Source: a virus (Duplodnaviria > Caudoviricetes). From it: a stretch of DNA of 64,000 nucleotides. Where the stretch lies: the IMG/VR virus record IMGVR_UViG_3300021255_002723, positions 30,122 through 94,121 of that record; one strand, 5' to 3'. Of the stretch, positions 53,203-62,603 are shown in pieces; the first letter of the stretch is position 1, and every line of letters starts with the position of its first letter. Under the pieces are notes generated by a model, which was not told the DNA's origin, searched no databases, and was given only the letters and a program-made list of their open reading frames with translations. Made by a program: the position numbers and the translations under genes.

Positions 53203-53709
53203 TTATTCCCAAACATTGAATTCACAAGTAACCTCAATCTCTTCATCATAGTTGACACTAATACTACATGCATTGTAGTTGCGAGGATTAATGGCATCTT
53301 CCAACATTTCACCAAGCTCCGCAATCTTATTGGTGTACTCTTCATAGCTAGCATCATCATCATATAATGTTCTTGGGTCAATACCCAAACCTAAGACATA
53401 CTTGAAAGTCAAACCTTCGCTTGGGTTGTCACAAAAGTCTTCCAAGTTGTTCTCAATGTCATAGACATTAAGTTCATAGCTTTGAACACACTGAGACAAT
53501 ACATTGAAAAAAGTATTGAACTCTTCAATGAAAAGCCTAATCTCTTGGGCATACCTCTCAAATCTTTCGGCAACCATGCTGATGTCACTAGTAACCTCAC
53601 CAACATTGGCAGAATCCAAGGCAGATGCTTCAGAAAGCACCTTGCCAACAGATGCACCAAATATCTTCTTTAAACTCTCTTCAGTTAACCTTACAATTTT
53701 CTTGCTCAT
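53203..53709 (-). CDS. Leader-bearing acidic late protein
   Basis: MSKKIVRLTEESLKKI...VLSE; late motif at 53732. Confidence 0.65.
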   Translation of the reverse strand: MSKKIVRLTEESLKKIFGASVGKVLSEASALDSANVGEVTSDISMVAERFERYAQEIRLFIEEFNTFFNVLSQCVQSYELNVYDIENNLEDFCDNPSEGLTFKYVLGLGIDPRTLYDDDASYEEYTNKIAELGEMLEDAINPRNYNACSISVNYDEEIEVTCEFNVWE

Positions 53710-53831
53710 AAGTAAATCTGTTTATTTAGACTATAAATAGTTAAAATTATATAAAAAACATACATATATTATATAATTAAAAAACTTTTTTATATATTTG
53801 CACAAAAATCATTTATAAACATACATAGAAT

Positions 53832-54188
53832 ATGAAAATACCACCAAACGCAAACAACATCGCAATGGAACACAGTAAAGAACTTAAACTCAAATTCCTA
53901 CAGTTCCTTAAAACAAACGATGCATTTAAAAAATATAAACAAAACATCATCGCGCAATCAATCGATAAATCAAGATTGGGTGATGCCTTGAGCATACTGT
54001 CTTGCCAAAAGTTTATACTAGCAAACAGCAGACTCGGACAAGACTTTCAGTATTACCAATATTTCACACAACTAATCAACTACGCATTCTGCTGGTCAGA
54101 AACCACACAAGGACATGACTATTGGGAAGATTTGAGCGTAAAGTGGGAAAACGAAGTGGAAGCATTCGTATTAGAAAAGATATTATAA
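53832..54188 (+). CDS. Hypothetical protein (paralog A)
   Basis: Shares ELKLKFLQFLK and YAFCW..T.QGH.YWE with the next gene. Confidence 0.7.
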   Translation: MKIPPNANNIAMEHSKELKLKFLQFLKTNDAFKKYKQNIIAQSIDKSRLGDALSILSCQKFILANSRLGQDFQYYQYFTQLINYAFCWSETTQGHDYWEDLSVKWENEVEAFVLEKIL

Positions 54189-54191
54189 AGT

Positions 54192-54545
54192 ATGAATTAT
54201 ACTAAAATAGCAAAAGAACATAGTGGGGAACTTAAACTCAAATTCCTACAGTTCCTAAAGGAACATGATGCATTCGACAAATATAAGAAAAACATCATGA
54301 AATTCATCAATAAATCAAGATTTGGTGATGTTATAAACATATTGTCATGCCCAAGGATAATAGATTTGTCGGATTATTATAGAGTAAATGGGGAAGTTAA
54401 TTACTATGAATATTTAACACAGCTAGTCAACTACGCATTCTGTTGGAGAGATACCCCACAAGGACATAAGTATTGGGAAAACTTGAATAATCTATGGAAA
54501 GACGAAGTATTAAATTTTATCCGAAATAAAGCACATACAAAATGA
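54192..54545 (+). CDS. Hypothetical protein (paralog B, tandem duplicate)
   Basis: DNA identity gaacttaaactcaaattcctacagttcct with paralog A. Confidence 0.7.
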   Translation: MNYTKIAKEHSGELKLKFLQFLKEHDAFDKYKKNIMKFINKSRFGDVINILSCPRIIDLSDYYRVNGEVNYYEYLTQLVNYAFCWRDTPQGHKYWENLNNLWKDEVLNFIRNKAHTK

Positions 54546-54988
54546 AAAAAATCTACACAATATTAGTTCTACTAAAGAACATAATTTTCAGACATAGAAA
54601 ATATACACTACACTTTGTGGCAGAAAATGACCCGCCAATCAAAAGATGGTACTACGACTTTAAACATTGGGGATTCGACCACGCACACCTAGAAATGGTA
54701 AGCGGAGCAGATACACTATGCGAACTATACGCACAAGGTAAAGACGAAGTAACAATACATATCACAGCTTCAAGAAAACCTAGACTACATTGCCTAAGCC
54801 TCTGCAAGGAATTCGTTGCAGATGAACCGCCAAAAGGAAAACTTAAGGATAAAATTCTCTATGGAAGAGAATATACACACATAAATCAAGATGGTCATAT
54901 AGTGAGGATGTGGATTTGCCCAGTTACACTGTTCGTACTCGGCAGATACCCCAAATATATCTACATTAGACAAGGATTAATGATATGA
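54542..54988 (+). CDS. Hypothetical protein (DUF6717-like)
   Basis: MVSGADTL and WICPVTLFVLG.YP.YIY. Confidence 0.55.
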   Translation: MKKIYTILVLLKNIIFRHRKYTLHFVAENDPPIKRWYYDFKHWGFDHAHLEMVSGADTLCELYAQGKDEVTIHITASRKPRLHCLSLCKEFVADEPPKGKLKDKILYGREYTHINQDGHIVRMWICPVTLFVLGRYPKYIYIRQGLMI

Positions 54989-55386
54989 ACATAAGAGATT
55001 ATCCGTTTAACCATAAAATAAAAACAGTGGGAGAACTAAAACAATATGTAGGACTACCACTCTATTTCTATTATAATGACTACCACGTAGGAGCAAATAC
55101 AAATAAAATACTCTACGCTTGGATAAAAACATTAGCAGATGTGGATGAAACATATGCCACCAATGAACTAGTAAATGGAGTGGGAACATGGGGATATAAT
55201 ACACTGCAAATGATTAAAAACCATAAGAAAAATATACAGTTCGTATCAACAGAAGACTATAAAGCAACAAAACACTCAAATGCACAAGACTACATAAGAA
55301 CACTCACAAGAGAAGAATTCGACCTCTATAAAAAAATGACATTCAAAAGAAGACTTGTACCCAATTGGATTAAAATAGAAGAATAA
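54985..55386 (+). CDS. Hypothetical protein
   Basis: Coupled ORF. Confidence 0.6.
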   Translation: MNIRDYPFNHKIKTVGELKQYVGLPLYFYYNDYHVGANTNKILYAWIKTLADVDETYATNELVNGVGTWGYNTLQMIKNHKKNIQFVSTEDYKATKHSNAQDYIRTLTREEFDLYKKMTFKRRLVPNWIKIEE

Positions 55387-55634
55387 AATTTCCAATAAAT
55401 TAAAATCTACCTTGGATGATGTAGAAAAAAACAATTTTTTTTTTCCAGAATTTTTTTCAAACACCCCTTGATAAAATTGGACCACCCCCTCCTTGGAAAT
55501 AGTGAAAAAATTTTTCCAGAATTTATTTAGCAAACTGTGTGACCCATGTAGCATAAAAAAACCCTCGGTGGGGCCGAGGGTTACATAGGTGGGGGGATGG
55601 GTGGGGAGCATACTCCCCATACTGTGCCGTGCTG

Positions 55635-55799
55635 TTAGTCCTTTTCTATGCTGTACGTCCGTGATGGTGTGACGTAACAGCGTTCTTTCAGATAGGCGTT
55701 GGCCTCGCGCTTCGTGAGACCGCTTACTTCTGTGTAGGTGCTTTGCCTATCACGATAGGACAAATGCACCACGATTTTGTAGGTAGTTTTCTTTGCCAT
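55635..55799 (-). CDS. Small hypothetical protein (54 aa)
   Basis: Manual translation MAKKTTYKIVVHLSY... Confidence 0.5.
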   Translation of the reverse strand: MAKKTTYKIVVHLSYRDRQSTYTEVSGLTKREANAYLKERCYVTPSRTYSIEKD

Positions 55800-55879
55800 A
55801 GAGCGATTTTTTTTTAGTGTTGTGGGTTGTTGTTAAGGTAGTGGGCTGTGGCGTGTTCCACAGCCCTTTGAGAGGATTT

Positions 55880-56569
55880 TTAGGCAAGTTGCCGCATCTT
55901 TTCCAATGCGGCAACTTTGATTTGCCTAATACGTTCTTCTGTCATGCCGTAACGCTGTGCTAACGTGTAGGCTGATTCTTCTGTGCAGCCGATTCCGAAC
56001 AGCTTGCAGATAATGGTCTGTTCGCGTTCTGTGAGACCACCTAACAGCACCTTAATAGTGTGCTGTGCTTCGTCAGCCTCGCTTATGTGGTCGGCTGTGT
56101 CACCGCTTGCCATGCTGTCTAACATTGTGCGCTCGCCGTCCTCATCGCTGCCGCCAATCGGTGCATCAATGCTTGCACAGCCGTAGGTGTCGGTGGCCTT
56201 GTGCTTCGGATAGCGAACAGCCTTGCCTTTGTCCGTGATGGCTTCGGTGATGGCCTTTCTGACGTGCTGTAAGGCGCAAGTGGTGAACTTAATGCCTCGC
56301 GTCACGTCAAACGCCTTTGCAGCGTTGATAAGACCAATGTTGCCCTCGCTAATCAAATCGTCTAACAGCAAGCCCATGCCTTGGTAGTATTTCGCTATAG
56401 AAATTACTATCTTTAAGTTAGCATTAATGACTGCCTCGTAATCGCCTTTGCTGATAGCTTCGGCAATCTGCGTGTCATCCATAAGGCGGTAGCGGTTGCA
56501 ATCGCTCATGTAACGTTCTAAACTCTCACTACGATTAGTGATGGTGGCTGAAAATGTGAAATTCCTCAT
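55880..56569 (-). CDS. Sigma-70 family sigma factor (RpoD/RpoH-like)
   Basis: ANLKIVISIAK, DLISEGNIGL, FD..RGIKFTT and TEERIRQI. Confidence 0.9.
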   Translation of the reverse strand: MRNFTFSATITNRSESLERYMSDCNRYRLMDDTQIAEAISKGDYEAVINANLKIVISIAKYYQGMGLLLDDLISEGNIGLINAAKAFDVTRGIKFTTCALQHVRKAITEAITDKGKAVRYPKHKATDTYGCASIDAPIGGSDEDGERTMLDSMASGDTADHISEADEAQHTIKVLLGGLTEREQTIICKLFGIGCTEESAYTLAQRYGMTEERIRQIKVAALEKMRQLA

Positions 56570-56631
56570 AACTGCTTGAAAATTAAAGGGGTTAGAAAAA
56601 GTGAATTATCTCTTTGCGCTGTTGCGCGTGG

Positions 56632-56673
56632 GTGTGTCAGTATGTCAAAGAGCGTTTTGATGGTGCAAAGGTA
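56632..56673 (-). promoter_or_regulatory. Host-type promoter followed by boxA-like element
   Basis: Minus strand reads TACCTTTGCA then CGCTCTTTGACATACTGACACAC; second copy at 57768-57818. Confidence 0.65.
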
Positions 56674-56855
56674 GGCAGTTTTTTTGATTAAAAATGCGTT
56701 TTTGTCACATTTCAGAGAAAAAGTGCTGTTTTCTTGATATAAATCAATTTGTCAATATTTTTTCCCCTAACCTTTGTTTGCATCTATTTTATTGCTGTTT
56801 TGGTCAAATCTAACAGTCTATGAAACAGCCCTAAAATTGACATACGCACACAATC

Positions 56856-56940
56856 GCCTCAGAATCGCTTTAAACAACCCAAACCCTATAACTATACCAT
56901 CGGATAGGCTAAACGCTGTTGTGTGCCCACACAAATGCGT
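56856..56940. repeat. 85-bp intergenic repeat, copy 1
   Basis: gcctcagaatcgctttaaac..cccaaaccctataactatacca...gttgtgtgcc.acacaaatgcgt. Confidence 0.85.
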
Positions 56941-57064
56941 GTACGTCCATCTGTCCGTGTTGGTGTGGTATTGGCTGTGTATATGCGTGCGTTGATAGGT
57001 TGGAAAGGGGCAAAAAAAAAGGTAGGGTTGTTAGCCCTACCTTTTTGGTGTAGTGTGTTCTCTG

Positions 57065-57679
57065 TTAGACTGCGACTGCTGCTGCGTAGGCTGCAATCTC
57101 ATAGGGGAGGAGGGTGCGCTCGTTCTGCCTAATGCAGAGAATATTTTCGAGCGTGACGAGGATAAAGTGCTGTTCGTGCTCCTTGTCTATGCCTAACTCT
57201 TTTTGCGTGGCAGACTGCTCATTGCAGTCTTTTTTGAGCCATGCCTTAATGGTGGCAAGTTCTTCTGCGGTGGCTTCGTGGCCATCCACAAAGTAGGTTT
57301 TCTCCACCTTAAAGCCAATCTGCTGCTCGTTGCGCTGCAACTTCAAATAGCACTTGGTTTCGGTTCGCTTGTCTGTGCTGAACCACTTGCCGTAATCACC
57401 ATCACAAGGCTTGTGCCATGTTTCGCGTAGGCGAACATCGTCACGGCTGACCTCTTCGCCCATGCGCTGTGCTGTGTTGGCTACGCTGTTGGAGTAGTCC
57501 GTGCCCATGACGAAGCCGCTATATTTGGCCTCTACTTCAACGTGGCCGTAGAGCGGATTGCGGTTGGCTGCGCTGCGGCCTTTGTTCATGTCGCTGTCTG
57601 CGCTTTTACGAGTGATAACTACACTTGCACAGCCCTCATTGAAGGTGCGCATAATCTGATTCATCAAAATGGTGTTCAT
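57065..57679 (-). CDS. Hypothetical early protein
   Basis: 204-aa ORF with promoter at 57809-57818 and terminator at 57015-57046. Confidence 0.75.
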   Translation of the reverse strand: MNTILMNQIMRTFNEGCASVVITRKSADSDMNKGRSAANRNPLYGHVEVEAKYSGFVMGTDYSNSVANTAQRMGEEVSRDDVRLRETWHKPCDGDYGKWFSTDKRTETKCYLKLQRNEQQIGFKVEKTYFVDGHEATAEELATIKAWLKKDCNEQSATQKELGIDKEHEQHFILVTLENILCIRQNERTLLPYEIAAYAAAVAV

Positions 57680-58053
57680 AATGCCTAATTTGATTAAAGG
57701 TGAATAATGTGAGTTATGCGTGTCTTTCCACTGCCGTCAGACAACTTTGCTGTTGTCAGTTATGCGTGTGTGTCAGTATGTCAAAGAGCGTGTTTGTCTG
57801 AAAGACGTTGCAAAGGTACGACAATTTTCTGATATGACCAAACTTTTTTCTCTTTTTTTTTAATAAAAAAGCAAAATAGCCCAAAATTTTCCACTTTTTT
57901 TACAAAAATTGCACATTTTTCCAATTTTGTGCATACGTTTTTGGCTGCAATCTGCTGTGTTATGTGCTGTGCTGTTTGGTGGGCTGTTGGCTGTTGTCAT
58001 TGGGCTGTAATTTCCCATAATTGCACCCATAAAAACTTATGGCTTTCAGAAAT

Positions 58054-58138
58054 GCCTCAGAATCGCTTTAAACAGCCCAAACCCTATAACTATACCACCG
58101 ACACCCTACAATGCCGTTGTGTGCCTACACAAATGCGT
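58054..58138. repeat. 85-bp intergenic repeat, copy 2
   Basis: Same length and orientation as copy 1. Confidence 0.85.
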
Positions 58139-58216
58139 CAGAGGGCTATTGCACTATAAACAACAAACCCACCACCTTTTAGGTGATGGGCTGTTGCGGC
58201 TGTTGGGCTGTACCGT

Positions 58217-59737
58217 TTAGTCGTTTTCGATGTTGGCGGCTATTAAGTTGGCCTCTTCAAGATTGACGAATGTCAGCACCTTTTTGGCGCGCGTGTAGGC
58301 CACATATTGTAGGTTGCGCTCTTGTTGATACTGCCACGCCTTTTGACCTTTCCAAATGAGTGGCAATTTGTGCGGCAACAGCACCACCACATTGTCTGCC
58401 TCTAAACCTTTGCTCTTGTGGACGGTGGAAAACACCACAGCATTCTTTACGTTCTCCTCTGTAAAGAGGCCGTCAATGAACGTTTTCAGTTCGGCCACCG
58501 ATTTCACGCAGCACAGCAGATTTTCAATGCACTTGCACTTGTCGCAGATGGTGACGTAGCGAGGCGATTCTTCGGCCTCTTTCTGTGTCATAGCCCTTTC
58601 GCGCATAACGCTTTTGAGCACCTTTTCTTGCTGCTTTGCAAGATAGTTCATAAGGCTGTCGATTCTGTTGGTTTTGGCAGCGTCTATAAGGCTCTTTAGG
58701 CTTTGGGCTATATCTTTGCCTTTAACTACGGCCGTAATGCCGTTCTGTAGCAACTTGCAGCACATTCCCACCAAAGGAGCAGAGCAACGGCAAACCACCA
58801 TAGTGTTGGGTGTGAAGAGACTGCGTGTCAGCTTGTTAGTCTGCTTTACTTCGCCCTCTATTGCGCCCTTATGTGCCTCAATCTGCGGAACAATCTGCTT
58901 TGCGAGGGCTACGATGTCAGAGCCACAGCGATAATTTACGCTCAAAGGCAGCTCCTTTGTGTTAGGCAGATTGGCGATTTTGTCAAAAGATTCGCAGTCT
59001 GCGCCACAGAATCCGTTGATAGCTTGGTTGCGGTCACCGACAGCCACGAAACGGCCACCTTTTGCGGCCTCTAACATGAGTTCGCGCTGTGCTGTTGAAA
59101 GGTCTTGGCACTCATCCACAAAAACGTACTTATAATGCCAAATGCGGCTGCGATAGGACAACGGCAGCACTATCATATCTGTAAAATCAATCGCCATGTC
59201 AGATGGCATTGTATAAGCGTTGGCCAACAGCTTGTTAGCTACGCTAACTTCATCATAATAGGTTTCAATGCCGTAGCTGTCGGCAATGTTGCTGATGGTG
59301 GCCATATCACCATGCTGAACGAGGTTGATGCGGCACAGATTGAAGATTTTCAGAGTAGTAGCGATGAACGTGTACACGTCAGACGTCTGCGTGTCCACAT
59401 TCACCTCATTAGAGAGGGTGTAGACGTTCTCTTTCAAATAGACATTCCATTTGCGCTCGTCCACCTTAATGCCCTTAAAGATGCGACGAAGCACGGCAAA
59501 GCCGAATTTGTGCAGCGTACCCACGTCTGCAAGACCCCTTAGCTTATAGCTAAGTTCGTCCGCGATGGACTTGTTGAATGCCAAGAACTTCACGTCCTTT
59601 TCGGACAGCTTCAGACGCTTGCACGCCTCAACGATGGTGGTGGTCTTGCCGCTACCCGCTACTGCATTGATAGCGAGGTTGTTGCGGCTGTTTTCGATTG
59701 CGTTGAAAATTGCGATTTGATAATTGCTGTACTGCAT
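58217..59737 (-). CDS. Second UvrD/Rep-like SF1 helicase
   Basis: AVAGSGKT, VDECQD, VGDRNQ, NYRC, TVHKSKGLE and YVAYTRA. Confidence 0.92.
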   Translation of the reverse strand: MQYSNYQIAIFNAIENSRNNLAINAVAGSGKTTTIVEACKRLKLSEKDVKFLAFNKSIADELSYKLRGLADVGTLHKFGFAVLRRIFKGIKVDERKWNVYLKENVYTLSNEVNVDTQTSDVYTFIATTLKIFNLCRINLVQHGDMATISNIADSYGIETYYDEVSVANKLLANAYTMPSDMAIDFTDMIVLPLSYRSRIWHYKYVFVDECQDLSTAQRELMLEAAKGGRFVAVGDRNQAINGFCGADCESFDKIANLPNTKELPLSVNYRCGSDIVALAKQIVPQIEAHKGAIEGEVKQTNKLTRSLFTPNTMVVCRCSAPLVGMCCKLLQNGITAVVKGKDIAQSLKSLIDAAKTNRIDSLMNYLAKQQEKVLKSVMRERAMTQKEAEESPRYVTICDKCKCIENLLCCVKSVAELKTFIDGLFTEENVKNAVVFSTVHKSKGLEADNVVVLLPHKLPLIWKGQKAWQYQQERNLQYVAYTRAKKVLTFVNLEEANLIAANIEND

Positions 59738-60089
59738 AATTGAATTGGGTTTTAAGTGATTAAATTAGAAATATCGGTGCAAAGGTAGGCTATTTTTGGC
59801 AATAAACAAGCGTTTTTGGTCTAATTTTATAATATTTTAAGAGAATTTTAAGAATTTTTAGACGTTTTGCTATCTCCACATAGCAAAATGAAACATAAAA
59901 TTGGGTATCAAATTAGGCGTCAAATAGACATTACAGCCCATAAAATATAATAATGTAAAGATTTTTTACTATGGAAAAATGACTATAAAAAATTATAATA
60001 ATATTATAATAATTTTTTTCTGCCGATTTTCCTTTGCTATTTGTAAAAAATGTCGTATATTTGCAACGTCAAACTAAAACAGCAGCAAC

Positions 60090-60335
60090 ATGACAGACAG
60101 CATGACAGACAAAGAGTTTAAGGCGTTCATGGCAACGCTCGTGCCGATGGCAACGGCCAACGGAGGCAAAGGCTATCAGAAACTTGTCAATGCCAACTAC
60201 AAGAAAGTGCTTGCAATGGGCTTTAGGTACAGCCGAAAGGAGAACTGCTACGCCCATCCAAGTGGAAGGAAAATCGCAACGACATCAAGGGTGCGAAATG
60301 GCAAATACGAATGTATTTGGGCTGAAATAAAGTGA
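60090..60335 (+). CDS. Hypothetical early protein
   Basis: Follows TATATTTGCA at 60056. Confidence 0.6.
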   Translation: MTDSMTDKEFKAFMATLVPMATANGGKGYQKLVNANYKKVLAMGFRYSRKENCYAHPSGRKIATTSRVRNGKYECIWAEIK

Positions 60336-60402
60336 ATAGTGTGAATTGGTTGGGTTGGGGCTTATGCCCCACCCACCTTAAAAAACAACCCATAGCAATA
60401 TC

Positions 60403-60615
60403 ATGGCAAAGAGAATAATTTTCAAGTATCAAGTTAAGAGTGTTCGGCACATGTTTGAACTGAATAGTGTTGAACGTTACGAAGTTCGTGAGTTAACTCA
60501 CGAGTGTGACCCCAACAAGTCAGACAGAGAGAATCTTGATGATGCCTTTGTAAAGGCTTGTGACCTTGGCGCAGACCCCAACAAACAAGTAAGATGGAGG
60601 TTTATTGAAGAATAG
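60403..60615 (+). CDS. Hypothetical protein
   Basis: 70-aa ORF. Confidence 0.6.
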   Translation: MAKRIIFKYQVKSVRHMFELNSVERYEVRELTHECDPNKSDRENLDDAFVKACDLGADPNKQVRWRFIEE

Positions 60616-60650
60616 TCCATAGATGTACTTATTTAAGTCCATAGTTATAT

Positions 60651-60722
60651 CGCGGTGGTGGTAGCAATGGTAGCTCGTCAGCCCCATAAGCTGAAGACGT
60701 GGTTCGAATCCAACGTCCGCAA
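60651..60722 (+). tRNA. tRNA-Met(CAT)-like, degenerate initiator type
   Basis: Anticodon arm TCAGC-CCCATAA-GCTGA, D loop TGGTA, T loop TTCGAAT and a C1:A72-like mismatch; acceptor and T stems are irregular. Confidence 0.6.
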
Positions 60723-60942
60723 CAAATGTTAATACTATTTTCTGTCATGCAATGCTAATTCAGTGGCTTACGTTGTGAAACGTGAGCCATTTTTATTACG
60801 CCCTACGATGTACTTAATCAAGTACAGATATAAGTTTATTATAGTCTGATAATAAATGCTCTCAGAACGTCTTAAAATAAGAATGGGAAACATCTGCTGT
60901 ATGATGCCTCCCACCCCTATGATGTACTTATTTAAGTCCAAA

Positions 60943-61248
60943 TTAGTTTCTGCGTGAACATGTTTCCATCTGTTTCCTCACAGCCTCTTTCCACTCAATG
61001 TACTCCTTACGGCATTGTGCTGCCAACCTATCACGATTCTCCTTCGTATCAGCGTAGAAGCCATCAAGGTCTTTCATGTGTAGGCGAATCTTAATTCCTT
61101 CGCTTTCGATAATAACCTTATCCTCTGTCTCATTGACAGAAAGGATAACACTCTTTGTCACTACATTATGGCACTGCATGTCAAGTCCAATTGACACGGC
61201 CTTGCAAGGTAAGGCGCACTTAACTCCGTTGATGATTGCCGTTTCCAT
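60943..61248 (-). CDS. Hypothetical protein
   Basis: 101-aa ORF. Confidence 0.6.
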   Translation of the reverse strand: METAIINGVKCALPCKAVSIGLDMQCHNVVTKSVILSVNETEDKVIIESEGIKIRLHMKDLDGFYADTKENRDRLAAQCRKEYIEWKEAVRKQMETCSRRN

Positions 61249-61260
61249 ATTGTTTGCTGT

Positions 61261-61539
61261 TTAGAATAGTTCAACTCCGTCTCTTATGCTCAAATGCACG
61301 TCAAACTCTTCCCATACCTCACAGCCATTCTCATCTGTGCGGAAGATGGTTGTGCTGATGTGCTTGTAGGACACGTTAAAGAACTCATTGATGCCGATTA
61401 GCCTTTCCTCTTCCCCAAAGGTGATAGGGTCTGCTGTGAGGTTATAACCGTTCAGCTTCTTAAAAGCCTCTTCGTAGGTCATGTTAGATACGAGGCTGCA
61501 AAGTTCGTTGTACTCTTGTGCGATAATTGCTGTAATCAT
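61261..61539 (-). CDS. Hypothetical protein
   Basis: Start refined to downstream of the promoter at 61566. Confidence 0.6.
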   Translation of the reverse strand: MITAIIAQEYNELCSLVSNMTYEEAFKKLNGYNLTADPITFGEEERLIGINEFFNVSYKHISTTIFRTDENGCEVWEEFDVHLSIRDGVELF

Positions 61540-61639
61540 AATCTCTAATTGTTTAAGTTTCACGTTGCAAATATACGACAAAAAATTGGAATAACCAAAT
61601 GATTACTCCAATTATTTTCAATTTATTTTTAACTGACTT

Positions 61640-61849
61640 TTACTGATTCCATTTAATATCGTCATAGTCATAAGACTTTCCAACCAAACCAACCCCTCTT
61701 AATATTACTTCCGTTTCGTTACAATTACAAAATTCGGTGGTAACAAACAAAAATGTATTAGCAACTTCATTTCTTTCTTCTTTAGAAAGCTGCCAGTAAT
61801 CTCTTAGGTATTGGTTTGCAAGTTTCTTTAATCTTTCATTTACTTTCAT
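61640..61849 (-). CDS. Hypothetical protein
   Basis: 69-aa ORF. Confidence 0.5.
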   Translation of the reverse strand: MKVNERLKKLANQYLRDYWQLSKEERNEVANTFLFVTTEFCNCNETEVILRGVGLVGKSYDYDDIKWNQ

Positions 61850-61861
61850 ACTTTCATTGAT

Positions 61862-62014
61862 TTACATTGGCTCATAGGTTATCTTCTCACCAATTGCCTT
61901 TGCGATGCGCTTATATTCTTTTACGCCCTCCCAAGGAACATTGGACGTGTCCTTGTAGTTATAGCCGCCACTTGTAAACCATCTGACGTAGTACAGCTTC
62001 TTTTCTTTTGCCAT
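61862..62014 (-). CDS. Small hypothetical protein (50 aa)
   Basis: Manual translation MAKEKKLYYVRWF... Confidence 0.5.
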   Translation of the reverse strand: MAKEKKLYYVRWFTSGGYNYKDTSNVPWEGVKEYKRIAKAIGEKITYEPM

Positions 62015-62018
62015 AGCT

Positions 62019-62249
62019 TTAGTCCTCCTCAAATGTTATTTCCTTGATGCTCACACTGAGGTTCTTGCTGTCATAATAGCCATTGTCAAGTGCCTCTTCA
62101 ATCTCTTCCTCGTCTGTCACATCGAACTTTTCTTTCAGTATCTTTGTGAAGTACGCTTCTGCTTTCTCCGTATTGTTGAAAGCCTTTTCCTCTGAGGTGT
62201 TGAGGTTTTCTGCCTCTATGACCTCTACTAAGATAATTTCTCTGTTCAT
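62019..62249 (-). CDS. Acidic hypothetical protein
   Basis: Start refined to downstream of the promoter at 62270. Confidence 0.6.
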   Translation of the reverse strand: MNREIILVEVIEAENLNTSEEKAFNNTEKAEAYFTKILKEKFDVTDEEEIEEALDNGYYDSKNLSVSIKEITFEED

Positions 62250-62342
62250 AGCTTGTTTGATGTTTACGTTGCAAATATACGACATTTCCATAAACTGGCC
62301 AAATTTTTGGATATAAAAAAATATCTTAGAGAAGTGGTAGGG

Positions 62343-62603
62343 CTATTTCAGCCCCACCATTTTTTTCAGTTCTTTCTTGATGGCCTTTGCGGTATCGCCA
62401 CGCCAAGTGGATGCGTTTGACAAGAAGTAGAGGACAATGCTCTTTGCTGAATCCCATCCGTAGTTGTCCTCAATGGAATCGAGCATAGCCATTGCGTCAA
62501 GGTAAGGCTTTGCGCCGAAGTAGGGGTTCTTCCAATCGTTGCGGATGTCGCGTGCAATCGCATGGAGAGGTCTGTTCTGAACGTTCTTTGTTGTCTTTGC
62601 CAT
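62343..62603 (-). CDS. Hypothetical phage protein
   Basis: IARDIRNDW..PYFGA.PYL...YFLSNA..WRG..AK. Confidence 0.7.
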   Translation of the reverse strand: MAKTTKNVQNRPLHAIARDIRNDWKNPYFGAKPYLDAMAMLDSIEDNYGWDSAKSIVLYFLSNASTWRGDTAKAIKKELKKMVGLK

